DNA of 64,000 nt. It comes from Chloropicon primus. Lineage: Eukaryota. Shown in pieces: positions 19,253 through 30,472 of the stretch (within the stretch, counting starts at the first letter, position 1; each line of letters starts with the position of its first letter). The DNA lies in assembly GCA_023205875.1 (NCBI GenBank), contig CP060757.1:1178001-1242000 (forward strand), read 5' to 3'. The notes under the pieces are model-generated. The model made no database searches. It worked only from the letters and a program-made list of their open reading frames with translations, and was not told where the DNA came from. The translations under genes and the position numbers were made by a program.

Positions 19253-21199
19253 TTAATAACCATCCGCCCTGCTGACTTGCGGCATGTTTATGTTCACGTT
19301 GACGCTCGTGCTTGGCCCGCTGCTCTTTCTTCGTGACGATCCCCTCCTTCTTCTCCTCCTGCCACGCCGCCGGCCGCCGCTCCTTCTTCCGCCTCCAGAG
19401 CCAGAGCCAGAGCCAGAGGCAGCAGAACGAACGGGAGCTCTCTTTATCAGACCTTTGACCTCGTCGAACTGCCATTCCCTCTTGACGGGGCCCTCCCACT
19501 GGCGGAAGCTCAGCCTCTCCTTCTCGAGGTTCTCCGCCATCTTGATCTGCTTCTCAGACAACTTCTGCATCGCGGTGACCTTGGCCATCGGCATCCCGAA
19601 GCAGGTCTCGCAATCGGAGGAGCTGCCGTAGCACTCGTGGAGGCAAGGCTCGGCGAACTTGATCAGGCCGTGATCCTCGAGCTTCTTCAGCCTCTCGTAC
19701 TCGCTCGTGTCCCTGTTGGGGTTGGCCGGCACCTCGTTGTTGAAGTAGTGGTGCCTTGAGCCCTGGTTGAAGGACGAGTGGAAGCCGTACAAGTTCACGT
19801 GGGAGCACACCTCCATGGCCATGAGAATCGCAAAGTAGCCGCTGCTTGCGATGTACGGAATGGAGGCGTTGGCCACGTACTCGGTGAACCCGGGATGCAC
19901 CAAGTAAGGCGTCTTGTCGTTCCCAAACTTCTTGTTGTAAAGGATCACCCTCGCGAGGAAGCTCTTGGCCCGCAAATGGTGGAGGGTCTTCTCGTTTGGC
20001 CTCTCGTTGAAGCCCAAGTGCTCGCCGTTGCTGATCCTAAGGTCCGTCCTGCTGCCCACGTACTTCTCGTACAAGGCGATTGGGGCGTGGTTGAACCGGA
20101 TGACGAGGTCCGACCTGTCGATCTCGGGCCCGTTCTCGTGGTAGAGCAAGCTCCCCGAAGACCCCACGAGGGAGCACACGTTGAAGACCCTCCCGTGGAA
20201 AGGATCGTCCTGCGGAAGGATGTTCGCAATGGCTTTCTTCACGTCTGGAGTCAGCTTTGGGAACATGTTCAACACCTTTGCCTTGGTCCTGACCATGATC
20301 TCGTCCATGCCCTGGAACTTCTGCTTGTTGAAGACTATGGGGCTGTGGCCCACTATTCTCTTGAAAGGAACGTCCTTTACCTGGTTGCACTTGTCTCCCG
20401 TGTAGAGGGAAGCGCAGTGGCACTTGTTGTCGTGCTCCCCGACAAAGCCGTGACCGCTGCAACGATTCATGTTCCTGTACTTGTAGTGGTTGCGCTCGTC
20501 GAACGGGTTCTTCTTTGCACTTCCTTTGGGTTTGGGCACGCCGGTCGTGCCCACCGCTGGCGTGGTGCGCCTGGCAGGGGAACCAGACCCCTTGTTCTGC
20601 CCGCTTGCAACTCGCTGCTGCTTGGCATTCACCGGCGTAGCACTCTTCGCCTCTGGCGCTGGCCCCTCAGCGTCCTTCTGCCTTGGGGGCTCTTCAATGA
20701 ACCCCTTGAGGATGTGCACAACGCCTCGAGGACCCACGAGGATGTTGTCGAACAAAACCGTGTGGCCCCCGACGTACAACTTGGTCTTCCCCTCCTTCAC
20801 CTTGGTCTCCACGAAAACCTTTGTGCCTTTTGCTGTCGTGTAAGACGCCCCGTTCACCAACGGCTTGTCCGTGGAAAAGATTCTTTCGTTGTACACGATG
20901 TGCCCCTCGAAGAACTCCGTCATTTCCGTTTCGGAGATGCCCTTCAAGCGCTTTCCCAAAACCTTTTTCGAGGGTGCGAAGAATGTGAAGTCCATGTCCA
21001 AGTCAACCAGCTCATTCAACACGACGAGGCCGTGATCAGACATGTAACTCAAGAGATCTTGGGACTCGCCCTTGTTGGCTCTCATGCTCTGCGGCAGGAC
21101 TGTCATCAGCAGCAGAAGTATGCAGCCCGTTATGACCACAGCACTCGTCCTCATGTCGGACGAACCTTGGGTACGGGCTTTCAACAACAAAGACTGCAT
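19253..21199 (-). CDS. Sialyltransferase-like GT29 with FAS1 and EGF-like domains (copy A)
   Basis: Signal anchor; FAS1 (FTFFAPS...GVVHIL); EGF (CSGHG...CHCASLYTGDKC); L motif CSLVGSSGSLL..NGPEIDRSDLVIRFNHAP..VGSRT; S motif SSGYFAILMAMEVCSHVNLYGF; HHYF. Confidence 0.85.
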   Translation of the reverse strand: MQSLLLKARTQGSSDMRTSAVVITGCILLLLMTVLPQSMRANKGESQDLLSYMSDHGLVVLNELVDLDMDFTFFAPSKKVLGKRLKGISETEMTEFFEGHIVYNERIFSTDKPLVNGASYTTAKGTKVFVETKVKEGKTKLYVGGHTVLFDNILVGPRGVVHILKGFIEEPPRQKDAEGPAPEAKSATPVNAKQQRVASGQNKGSGSPARRTTPAVGTTGVPKPKGSAKKNPFDERNHYKYRNMNRCSGHGFVGEHDNKCHCASLYTGDKCNQVKDVPFKRIVGHSPIVFNKQKFQGMDEIMVRTKAKVLNMFPKLTPDVKKAIANILPQDDPFHGRVFNVCSLVGSSGSLLYHENGPEIDRSDLVIRFNHAPIALYEKYVGSRTDLRISNGEHLGFNERPNEKTLHHLRAKSFLARVILYNKKFGNDKTPYLVHPGFTEYVANASIPYIASSGYFAILMAMEVCSHVNLYGFHSSFNQGSRHHYFNNEVPANPNRDTSEYERLKKLEDHGLIKFAEPCLHECYGSSSDCETCFGMPMAKVTAMQKLSEKQIKMAENLEKERLSFRQWEGPVKREWQFDEVKGLIKRAPVRSAASGSGSGSGGGRRSGGRRRGRRRRRRGSSRRKSSGPSTSVNVNINMPQVSRADGY

Positions 21200-21588
21200 C
21201 TTGCCTTTGTCCCTCTCCTTCCCAGCTCCCTGTGCTCCTGCGAACCACTCCCTTCACCACCGCGAAGGCCAGAAACAGTGGCTGACTGGTTTAGATCACT
21301 GCTCTACCCCTTCAAGCCTCCTCCGCGGTCATCAAACCCTCTGCTCCACCCTCTGCTCCACCTTTGCCTTTGTCCCTGGGCGCCCAGTTGCCCGATGAGA
21401 GTCAGGCCTTTTTGAGAATTTCGCGGGGCGCGGCGCGGGAGGGGGGGAGGAGGGCCCTCGTTCAAGGGGCCGTGAATACAAAAGTGGACTGTGGTCCTGA
21501 TCTATATAAGTGTACAAAAATTCTAAATGGCTTTGCCATGTGTTTGCCCTGTCTTACGTTGTGCAAGCATTTGGACAACTTGCGAGTC

Positions 21589-23382
21589 TCAGCAATCGTC
21601 TTCGTCCGAGTCTTGAAGGAGGACTCTCCGAAGGTGCTTTCCTTTCCCCCCCCCTCCCTTCTTCCCCCCGCGTCTCTGCTGCTTTTTAATCAAGCCTTTG
21701 ACCTCATCCCATTCCCACATTCTCTCGGGGACTGCTTCCCAGAGCCTGAACTTCAATCTGTCCGCCTCCAGCTTCTCCGCCATCTTGATCTGCTTCTCAG
21801 ACAACTTCTGCATCGCGGTGACCTTGTACATGGGCATCCCGAAGCAGGTCTCGCAATCGGAGGAGCTGCCGTAGCACTCGTGGAGGCAAGGCTCGGCGAA
21901 CTTGATCAGGCCGTGATCCTCGAGCTTCTTCAGCCTCTCGTACTCGCTCGTGTCCCTGTTGGGGTTGGCCGGCACCTCGTTGTTGAAGTAGTGGTGCCTT
22001 GAGCCCTGGTTGAAGGACGAGTGGAAGCCGTACAAGTTCACGTGGGAGCACACCTCCATGGCCATGAGAATCGCAAAGTAGCCGCTGCTTGCGATGTACG
22101 GAATGGAGGCGTTGGCCACGTACTCGGTGAACCCGGGATGCACCAAGTAAGGCATGTCCCTCTTCTTTCCAAAGTGCTTCTCGTACAGGAGCATCCTGGC
22201 GAGGAAGCTCTTCGACCTCAGATGATGAAAGGACCTCTCGTTTGGCCTCTCGTTGAAGCCCAAGTGCTCGCCGTTGCTGATCCTAAGGTCCGTCCTGCTG
22301 CCCACGTACTTCTCGAACATCTTCGTTGGGGCGTGGTTGAACCGGATGACGAGGTCCGACCTGTCGATCTCGGGCCCGTTCTCGAAGTAGAGCAAGCTCC
22401 CCGAAGACCCCACGAGGGAGCACACGTTGAAGACCCTCCCGTGGAAAGGATCGTCCTGCGGAAGTACCTGCATGATTGATTTCTTGGCCGCTTGGGTCAC
22501 TTTGGGCAACATCGTCAAGGTCTTCGCCTCCGTCCTGACCATGATCTCGTCCATGCCCTGGAACTTCTGCTTGTTGAAGACTATGGGGCTGTGACCCACG
22601 ATCCCCTCCAGAGTCGGGACGTGCACAACCTCGCTGCAGTCGTCTCCCGTGTAGAGGGAAGCGCAGTGGCACTTCTCGTCCTCCCCGACAAAGCCGTGGC
22701 CGTTGCACATCTCAATGTTCTTCACTTTGTTGAGGTTCTCCACATCAAAAGGATTCTTCGGCAGGTTTCTCTTGTCGCCTTTCTTCGCGTCCCCCGCTCC
22801 CCCCGAAGCGGCGACGACCTGATCCGAGGCGGCCTGATCCGAGGCGACGCCTCCGGCTTCCGCCACGCCCCCTTGGGCCATATTCACGTCCGAGAGCAAG
22901 GCGTCCACGACGTGCACAATGCCCCGGGTTCCAACGACCACGTTGTCGTACAACACTGGGACGTCCTTCACCATGAGCTGCTCCTCTGTACGCTTCAGAA
23001 TGAGGTCATCGCCGCTGGCAGACTCGTACCTCTTCCCGCTCTCGCCGTCGGGCACGCTGGAGGTCACTATGCGTTCGTAAACAATGTGATCCTCGAAGAA
23101 GTCGGCCAGGACGCACGACGAGGCGTTCTCGAGCTTCAAGCCCAGAGCCCTCGTGGTCGGCGCGAAGAGCGTGAAGTCCACGTCCATCTCCACCAGCTCG
23201 TTCAACACCACCAAGCTGTAGTCCGATATCACGTTCAGCACGTTGTCCCGGGCGTGTCGAGGGTCCCGAAGCAATTTCTGGTGCACCCAATTGTCGAAGT
23301 AAGACAAGTGGAGCAAGGTCACCGTAAAGATGCAGGTGAACAGGGCCACGAACAGGGTCCTGAGCCCCGACTTTCCCTTCAT
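21589..23382 (-). CDS. Sialyltransferase-like GT29 with FAS1 and EGF-like domains (copy B, tandem paralog)
   Basis: Same architecture and sialyl motifs as copy A. The C-terminal DNA is nearly identical. Confidence 0.85.
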   Translation of the reverse strand: MKGKSGLRTLFVALFTCIFTVTLLHLSYFDNWVHQKLLRDPRHARDNVLNVISDYSLVVLNELVEMDVDFTLFAPTTRALGLKLENASSCVLADFFEDHIVYERIVTSSVPDGESGKRYESASGDDLILKRTEEQLMVKDVPVLYDNVVVGTRGIVHVVDALLSDVNMAQGGVAEAGGVASDQAASDQVVAASGGAGDAKKGDKRNLPKNPFDVENLNKVKNIEMCNGHGFVGEDEKCHCASLYTGDDCSEVVHVPTLEGIVGHSPIVFNKQKFQGMDEIMVRTEAKTLTMLPKVTQAAKKSIMQVLPQDDPFHGRVFNVCSLVGSSGSLLYFENGPEIDRSDLVIRFNHAPTKMFEKYVGSRTDLRISNGEHLGFNERPNERSFHHLRSKSFLARMLLYEKHFGKKRDMPYLVHPGFTEYVANASIPYIASSGYFAILMAMEVCSHVNLYGFHSSFNQGSRHHYFNNEVPANPNRDTSEYERLKKLEDHGLIKFAEPCLHECYGSSSDCETCFGMPMYKVTAMQKLSEKQIKMAEKLEADRLKFRLWEAVPERMWEWDEVKGLIKKQQRRGGKKGGGGKGKHLRRVLLQDSDEDDC

Positions 23383-23761
23383 TCCTCGTATCTTTTTCTA
23401 CACGTCTTGCACGAATACGACGGCCAGTTCTTGTTCCATATCCAAGCACCGAACAGGCGTCTCCCAGCCACTCGACACGGCGTCAAGGCCTCATCCGCGT
23501 GCCACAACCCCGCAAGCACACAAGGTCCTGCGCCTCCCCTCTCCACAAAGTCCTCGAAGCGCGCGTGACGCTTCGGGTAATCTCCAGGAGTCCACGGCCC
23601 CGGCCGCGTTTTTGCCACAAAATAGCTCTGGCAGGGAGTACAATGGGATTTCTACTCAAAGGTTCTTTCTTTTTCTTGGCGCGCCAATACCACAGCAATT
23701 CAGCAATTCTTCTTCTTCTTCTTCTTTGGGCGAGCGACGTTCGAGAAGGTCGGTTTGTCCT

Positions 23762-23800
23762 CGGAAGGAACACTCGGAAGGAACACTTGGAAGGAACACT
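23762..23800. repeat. 13-bp tandem repeat (C/T)GGAAGGAACACT x3
   Basis: Direct tandem copies without spacers in the intergenic region. Confidence 0.8.
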
Positions 23801-24013
23801 CGTCGGCGTCGGCGTCAGATACGAGTGTTCCTCCAAGATCCTCCGCCTCCCCTCTCTCCTCTTTCGCTCTCCCTCCTCTCTGTCTTCCTCTTCCTTTTAA
23901 TGGCCTCATAATGAGGGCAGGAATGAGAGAGTTGAGGGGGTCCTCGTAACGTTGAGTGGAGGGCGAAGAAGACAGAGGCGAACAAGGGGACCTTCTTAGG
24001 TTTAGAAGGAGAG

Positions 24014-25423
24014 ATGGAGGCTTTGGGGAAGGACGTGGTTGGTCTGACGGTGAGCGCGCCGGTTCCGGTGCCGCTGAAGGGGGAGGGTTGCGCGGAGGAG
24101 GAGGTTGGCGTCGTCGAGGCGAAGGGGGAGAGGGGGGGGGGAGCGAAGGGGACTCTGAGATCGGAGGGCTCGGGGGAGGTCGCGGTCGAGGGCTTGAGGA
24201 CGCAGGTGTCGCCCTACCAGGCCCTTCCGACGTCGAGCAAGATCGTGCGGAACTTGGCGGAGGCCCAGCCCGTCATGGTGTTCAAGAACGAGGAGGAGAG
24301 GAAGAAGGCGGTCTCCAAAGTGATCAAGGATTACGCGGCGCTGCTGAAACAGCGGACGGCGACGCACATGGGCTACCCCTACAACTTGGCGTTCGAGTAC
24401 GGCGACCTGGACTGCCTGCTCAAGTACTGCATCAACAACCTCGGGGACCCTTGGATCGAGAGCAACTACGGCGTGCACTCGAGGCAGTTCGAGCTCGGCG
24501 TCCTCAACTGGTTCGCCCAGCTCTGGGAGGTCGACCAAAAGGAGTACTGGGGCTACATCACCAACTGCGGCACGGAGGGAAACCTCCACGGGATTCTCGT
24601 CGGGAGGGAGAACCTCCCGGACGGAATCCTGTACTCCTCGGAGGAGTCCCACTACTCGGTCTTCAAGGCCGCCTCCATGTACAGGATGGACTACAGGAAG
24701 GTGAGCTCGCTGGCGACGGGCGAGATGGACTGCGAGCACCTGAAGACGCTCTTGGAGGAGAACAAGGACAAGCCCGCGATCGTGAACGTGAACATTGGCA
24801 CCACGGTGAAGGGCGCCATCGACGACCTCGACCGGGTCATCGAAATTCTCTACGACGTGGGCTACACGGAGGAGAGGTTCTACATCCATTGCGACGGTGC
24901 TCTGTTTGGGATGATGATCCCCTTCATCAAGGAGGCCCCCTTCGTGACTTTCAAGAAACCGATCGGCTCCGTCAGCGTCTCCGGCCACAAGTTCATGGGG
25001 TGCCCGACCCCCTGCGGACTCGTCATCACCCGCTCAAAGTACATCGACGCCCTCTCCGACGACATCGAGTACCTGAACAGCAGGGATGCCACCATCATGG
25101 GCTCCCGCAATGGACACGCTGCCATCTACATGTGGTACACCCTCACCATGAAGGGCTACGAGGGATTCACCGAGGACGTGAAGAAGTGCTTGAAGAACGC
25201 GCACTACCTGCACTCGCTGCTCTTTTCCAAGGGAATCAGAACGATGCTGAACGAGAGGAGCAGCACGGTGGTGTTCGAGAAGCCAAACTGCGGCGAGTTC
25301 ATCCGAAAGTGGCAACTTGCCTGCCAGGCAGACATTGCTCACGTCGTGGTCATGCCGAACATCACGAAGGAAAAGATCGACCAGTTTGTCGGGGAGCTCA
25401 TGGAGTCCAGAGCACGAGCCTAG
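24014..25423 (+). CDS. SDC1: Serine decarboxylase (group II PLP-dependent decarboxylase)
   Basis: [56 protein letters not shown] lysine motif SVSGHKF. Confidence 0.92.
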   Translation: MEALGKDVVGLTVSAPVPVPLKGEGCAEEEVGVVEAKGERGGGAKGTLRSEGSGEVAVEGLRTQVSPYQALPTSSKIVRNLAEAQPVMVFKNEEERKKAVSKVIKDYAALLKQRTATHMGYPYNLAFEYGDLDCLLKYCINNLGDPWIESNYGVHSRQFELGVLNWFAQLWEVDQKEYWGYITNCGTEGNLHGILVGRENLPDGILYSSEESHYSVFKAASMYRMDYRKVSSLATGEMDCEHLKTLLEENKDKPAIVNVNIGTTVKGAIDDLDRVIEILYDVGYTEERFYIHCDGALFGMMIPFIKEAPFVTFKKPIGSVSVSGHKFMGCPTPCGLVITRSKYIDALSDDIEYLNSRDATIMGSRNGHAAIYMWYTLTMKGYEGFTEDVKKCLKNAHYLHSLLFSKGIRTMLNERSSTVVFEKPNCGEFIRKWQLACQADIAHVVVMPNITKEKIDQFVGELMESRARA

Positions 25424-25625
25424 ACTCTGAGTGAGTGAGTGAGTGTCCGCCTCTCCCCCTCTTCCAAGATTTTGTTGCAAAGCAAAGAGATGAGCAGCTG
25501 AACGAAGCCAACTCTTGTCAGACCTTTTTGGAGCGAATCCATCGCATATAATATACAGCACAAGTATCCAAGCACGAGGCGTTACAAGAGGCCCTCCACC
25601 CCCAGGGTGTCGCCGCCCCCAACCC

Positions 25626-25688
25626 CTACTTTTTCATGAATTCCGAGAGTCGCAGAGCTTGGGATCCGGAGGAGTCGGAATCCGAGTC

Positions 25689-25721
<33 letters not shown>

Positions 25722-26081
25722 TCGCCGGTGGTGCTTCCTCCTCCGGTGCTTTCGGCCAGATCCAGACTCCCCTGCTTTGTCGTCGTCCCTCCGGTCCCTG
25801 TGCCTGTGGTGCCTGTGCCTGTGGCGCCTTCTGCTGGACCCCCTGTCCTTTGCCTTGTTCAGCTTGCGGTCCCTGTCCGCTGCGACCTGCTTCAAGTACT
25901 CCGCCTCGAGCACCTCCTGCTCCTGCCTCTTCCTTTCCTCCTCCCTCTCCGTCTCCTTCTGCTTCGCCTTGTGCTCCTCCCAACTCATGCGCGGCGTCAT
26001 TAGCTCCTTCACTCGAGCCGCGTGCCACTCGGGACTGTGGAAAGTCCCGTCCACCTTCCCGTCATCCGCCTGACCCTCCAT
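25626..26081 (-). CDS. Conserved Arg/Ser/His-rich nuclear hypothetical protein (possibly FAM133-like)
   Basis: DGTFHSPEWHAAR...RMSWEEHKAKQK, followed by a coiled coil and an RS-rich tail. Confidence 0.6.
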
Positions 26082-26267
26082 GCCTCCCTTCCCCTTCCCC
26101 GAAGACAAACACGTATCGCCTTGCGCTCCTCCTCTGCGAGAGGACTGGGCTGGAGACGAGGCGAGACGAGAGAAAGGAGAGGCCAGGAGATTGCGGCTGA
26201 GCCAAAAGAGGATAAGAGAGAGAGAGAGGGAGAGGGAGAGAGAGAGAGAAGAACGAGTGGGGAAACC

Positions 26268-27432
26268 ATGGGTGACAAGGGAGGAAGTGATGGGGACGGA
26301 AGCCAGGAGAAGGGGGGAGCGTTCGACTTGGCGGCCATGAAGGAGTCTCTCGGACCAGGAGGCGCACCTCAGAGTATGGTGAGTGGAGAACTAAACGGGT
26401 TTGTGCGGGGTGGGGAGAGGCCAGAGAGAGACGGAGGGACGGGGACGGGGACGGGGGAGGCGGGCGGGCCCGATTCGTGCGGTCCCCCCGGGCATCCGGA
26501 CCCCCTCGCTCGGAATTGCGTGTACTGACGTTTTGCTCTTTCTTTCTTTCTTTCTTTCTTGCTCTGCTCTGCTCTGCTCTGCTCGCCTCGCGCGGCTGCA
26601 GCTGGACATGGCACAGCAGCTTGCCCAGGATCCTCAGTTCGCTGAGATGACGAAGAACATGCAAGCCGCTTTCGAGGGCATGCAGGCCGGGGGAGCCGGG
26701 GGATCTGGCGCGGACCCGAGCCAATACATGCAAGCCATGAACCAGATGATGCAAGACCCGTCTTTCGTGCAGTACAGCGAGAAGCTCTACTCGAACATGA
26801 TGAAGGACCCCATGATGGAGCAGGTGCTGAAGAGCATGCAGAACCCTAACGCGAGGAGAGAGATGGAGGAGCGCATGCAGTCGCTCAAGCAAGACCCGGA
26901 GCTGGCCCACGTGATAGAGGAGATGGAGAAAGGAGGTCCTGACGCCATGATGAAGTACTGGAACGACCCTGACGTCATGTCCAAGATCGGAAGGAAGATG
27001 CAGGGCGTGATGCCAGGAGAGCCCGGCGCCCAGGAGGCTCAGCAGTCGACGGTCGAGGAGGTGGAGGAGGAGGAGGTCGACCTCCACGGGGCAGTCAGCA
27101 GCAGCGACATCGATGCGTGCCGCGAGCTCATCAAGCTGGGCGCGGACGTGAACGAGAAAGACGAGGAGGGAAGGTCCGCGCTGCACTTTGCGTGCGGGTA
27201 TGGGGAACTCGAGTGCGCCGAGTTTTTGATCGAGAACGGAGCTGATGTCAACGTCTTGGATAACAGCAACAACTCCTCCTTGCACTATGCCGCTGGATAC
27301 GGTGAGAAGGCGAGCGTGGAGCTCCTGGTGAGGCACAAGGCCAAGAAGGAGTTGAAGAACGATGACAAGCACACGGCGTACGACATTGCGAAGATGAACG
27401 ACCAGACGGAGATCTGCGAGCTCCTCAAGTGA
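26268..27432 (+). CDS. AKR2: Ankyrin repeat protein AKR2-like (STI1/DP repeats plus ANK); exons 26268-26378 and 26602-27432
   Basis: Met-rich DP repeats (KQDPEL...GGPDAMMKYWNDPDVMSKIG), ankyrin repeats GRSALHFACGYGE and LHYAAGYG. GT-AG intron 26379-26601. Confidence 0.85.
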
Positions 27433-27567
27433 GTTGGACTCAACGAAGTGCTCCCGCGCGAAGAGCGTGAAGGCCAGAAAAAAAATTCTCTTTCAATAAT
27501 CGAGTCATAAATTTGATAAACGTTTCGAGCCAAACAAACCACGAGTTTGAGAAAAAGGGGGCGGTTA

Positions 27568-29820
27568 TCACTCGTCGTCCGACTCCTCGTCCGACTCCTC
27601 GTCCGAATACTCCTCGCTCTCGGAGTCCGCCTCGGCCAACCAAGAAAGGAACGGCTTGGCCTTGTGCAAGAACACCTTGTCGCTCTCCTCGGCACTCTCC
27701 TTCTCCTCCGCCCAGGACAGGAGGGCTTCCTCCGAGATCACGTCCGAGTCGTAAAGCAGCTGAAGGACCTGGCAGAACGCATCGGTGCACATGCTGCCAT
27801 TCTCCGCATGGAAGACGCCATCGTCGGAGCAGTACTCCTCAAAAGTGAGCAAGAGCTCCACTTGGTCGTCCTCATTCTTGAGGAACCTCTGAAGCAAGTT
27901 ACCCCACTCGTTCACCAGGTTCTTCAGGTGCTGCAGGAACTTGGCCCTGGAGGCCTTATCCCCCACCCCCACAATCTCCGAGGCGTAGAGGTCCTTGTAC
28001 TCCTTGCTCACCGTCTTCGCCACCGGGAAGCAGAGCCCCACGATGGTGGTGAAGATGAACCTGGCGCAGTCCGCGAACGTCCTGTTCTCGGCGATCTTCA
28101 GAGCATTCAACTCTATGAGGGCGTTCGTCTGGTCGAACCTCTCCTTCACGCAGCGCAGGAAGGTCTCCCTGACCTCGCTGTGGAACACCTCCTCCGGGTC
28201 GAGCTCCAAGTCCTCGTCGCTGTCGTCCGAGTCGTTCGACACCTCGTCTCCCGAATCCAAGTCGCCCTTGGCGTCCAGGGCGACGCTGTTGATCGCTTCC
28301 ATCTGAGCGTAAGCCGGGGAGATGGAGTACCGCCGCCACTCCCTCCTCGTCTCCGAGCTCTTCGCGTTCCAGGCGAACCCCTTGCCGTCCTTGCCCACGA
28401 GGGCGGCGTCCCAAGCCATCTCCCCCTCCCCCTCCCCTCCGTCCACGTTCACTGGGGTCTCGAGCTCCTCATCCGAGTCGCTGTCCTCGTGGCTCTGCCT
28501 GATGACGGAGATCCTACTGAAAGCTGGGACGACGTGGTCCTTCCCAATGACCACGTTCGACCCGACCAGGCAGCCCTCGGACACCACGGCGCTGTCCTCC
28601 ACGCACACATTGTCACTCAGCATGCTGGAATGGATCTTCACCCCGTCCGCGACGACGACGCCGTCAAGGAGGTGGCAGCAGTGGAGCTCCACGTTCCGGC
28701 CGATCTTGCAGTTCTTGCCGATGAAGGAGGCGAAGATCTTGGTGTTGTCCCCGATCGTGGTGCCCTCGCCGACCTGGCAGTCGTTGCCCACGACCACCGT
28801 CCTGGACGCCCTCACCCCCGCGTCCCTCATGCAGTCCTCGATGCCCCTCCTCACTATCCCCCACGAGTGAGTCCGGCTGGTGAAGGCCCGGGACTGGCCG
28901 ACCTCGATGGGCCACAGCCAGTGGTTCCACACGTCCCGGGAGACCGCGTCGTAGCTCCTGGGGTTGTGTATCCTCGCCGCGTACCCCACCCTGGAGTTCA
29001 GCTCGTACACGTAGATCTTGTTCCCGAGCTCCTCCTCGGACAGGACCCCCCCGACGAAGTCCCTGCGCAGGTTCTGGTAGTCAAAGTTGTCCTGGAACAG
29101 CCCGAGGACCTCTGGGGCGCAGATGTCCACGTAGCAGTCGATGAGGTCCTCCCTCACGTCCACCTGGGGCCTGTCCAAGAAGGCGGAGGAGACGTCGACG
29201 TTGACGTAGCCCTTGGAGGCCTCCTCCTCGTACCCGATGACCTGCTTCGTGGACGGGTCGACCTGGAGCACGAGGTCGTGGTCCCCCCACCTCTTCCTCA
29301 GGGCGCGGCTCTCCGTCCGCTTCAGCACCATGGTCATGATGGCGCTCTTGTCCGCCTTCCTCCTCCTCTTGTGCTCCGCCAGGGCCTCCTTGAGGTTGAA
29401 CGAGGCCACCGTGTCCCCCGTGATCAGCACGAAGTCCGAGGAGATCACCCCCTCGTCGTAAACGATCCGCATGGCCTCCCCGGCCGACATGCAGTTGGTG
29501 GAGACCAGAGGGATGACCTTCATTCGCCCCGACTGCAGCCGGTCCTGGGCGGTGACCTCGTCGTCCTTGTGGCTCAGCTTCCACCTCCTCCCGAGCTGCT
29601 CGATCACCTGCTCGTAGTGCGCGCAGCAGAACACGTACGCCTCCTCTACGCCCTGGGACTCCAGCCATTCCATCGTGTACTCGATCATCGGCACCCCGCA
29701 CAACGGGAGCAAAACCTTGGGCTTCTCCAGGGTGAACGGCCGGAACGTCAGCGTGAACGAGTCCGCGAGCACCACCGCCTGCACCGGCGCCCGCCTCTCG
29801 TGGTCCTCCTCGCGACCCAT
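27568..29820 (-). CDS. EIF2B5: Translation initiation factor eIF2B subunit epsilon
   Basis: QAVVLADSF..FRPFTLEKPKVLLPL, FQDNFDYQ, hexapeptide LbH repeats, and a C-terminal W2 domain (LYDSDVISEEALLSW...PFLSWLAEA). Confidence 0.95.
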   Translation of the reverse strand: MGREEDHERRAPVQAVVLADSFTLTFRPFTLEKPKVLLPLCGVPMIEYTMEWLESQGVEEAYVFCCAHYEQVIEQLGRRWKLSHKDDEVTAQDRLQSGRMKVIPLVSTNCMSAGEAMRIVYDEGVISSDFVLITGDTVASFNLKEALAEHKRRRKADKSAIMTMVLKRTESRALRKRWGDHDLVLQVDPSTKQVIGYEEEASKGYVNVDVSSAFLDRPQVDVREDLIDCYVDICAPEVLGLFQDNFDYQNLRRDFVGGVLSEEELGNKIYVYELNSRVGYAARIHNPRSYDAVSRDVWNHWLWPIEVGQSRAFTSRTHSWGIVRRGIEDCMRDAGVRASRTVVVGNDCQVGEGTTIGDNTKIFASFIGKNCKIGRNVELHCCHLLDGVVVADGVKIHSSMLSDNVCVEDSAVVSEGCLVGSNVVIGKDHVVPAFSRISVIRQSHEDSDSDEELETPVNVDGGEGEGEMAWDAALVGKDGKGFAWNAKSSETRREWRRYSISPAYAQMEAINSVALDAKGDLDSGDEVSNDSDDSDEDLELDPEEVFHSEVRETFLRCVKERFDQTNALIELNALKIAENRTFADCARFIFTTIVGLCFPVAKTVSKEYKDLYASEIVGVGDKASRAKFLQHLKNLVNEWGNLLQRFLKNEDDQVELLLTFEEYCSDDGVFHAENGSMCTDAFCQVLQLLYDSDVISEEALLSWAEEKESAEESDKVFLHKAKPFLSWLAEADSESEEYSDEESDEESDDE

Positions 29821-30472
29821 GGCGACGACGCCAACAAAACGACACACACACACACACACACACCTACTCGCGCGCACACACACACAGACAAACACGACGC
29901 GACACGACGCGACACGACGCGACGACGACGAGCACCTCGAGCCGTCAAGCCCTCCCGGGCGCGCGCGAGAGCGCGAGAGGGAGACATTTCCGTTTGGAAA
30001 GGTTTGGATATTTCCAAAGTTTCCAAAGCACGTGTGTGTAGAAAAGCACACCTTATCCTCTATTCGTTGAGAAACGTTATCGTCCTTGATCTTGAGAGTT
30101 CTCCCGTAGTTTCCCCGTGTTGGCCAGAACGGCGGCTCCGATTCGGGGAACCTCACTGGAGCTCGTGGATAAGAGAAGCTCTGCGGTCGATCAAAAACGG
30201 GACAGGGGGAGACGAGAGAGAGACGAGAGAGAGCGAGCGGCTTTTTTTCTGCGGGAGAGGGAGAGCGTGAAGCTTGCGTGCTTCGAGGTTTCTGTTGTTG
30301 TTGGTTTTCTTCCCGTGGTTTCTTTTCGGGGGACCGCGCGCGCTTTGCCGAGGGGGGGAAGGGAGCCGGAGCTTTCCCGTTGCATCTAGAAGGGTGTGGA
30401 GGGTCGGTTGCGTCGCAGTGCAGTTTTGGGTGTTCTTCGAGGGCCAAAAGTTCCTTTTGAGTTTTTTGCGTC

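Noticed and set aside
23762..23800. Three direct repeats as a possible mini-CRISPR
   Set aside because: 13-bp units with no spacers, no cas genes and a eukaryotic context. It is a simple minisatellite.
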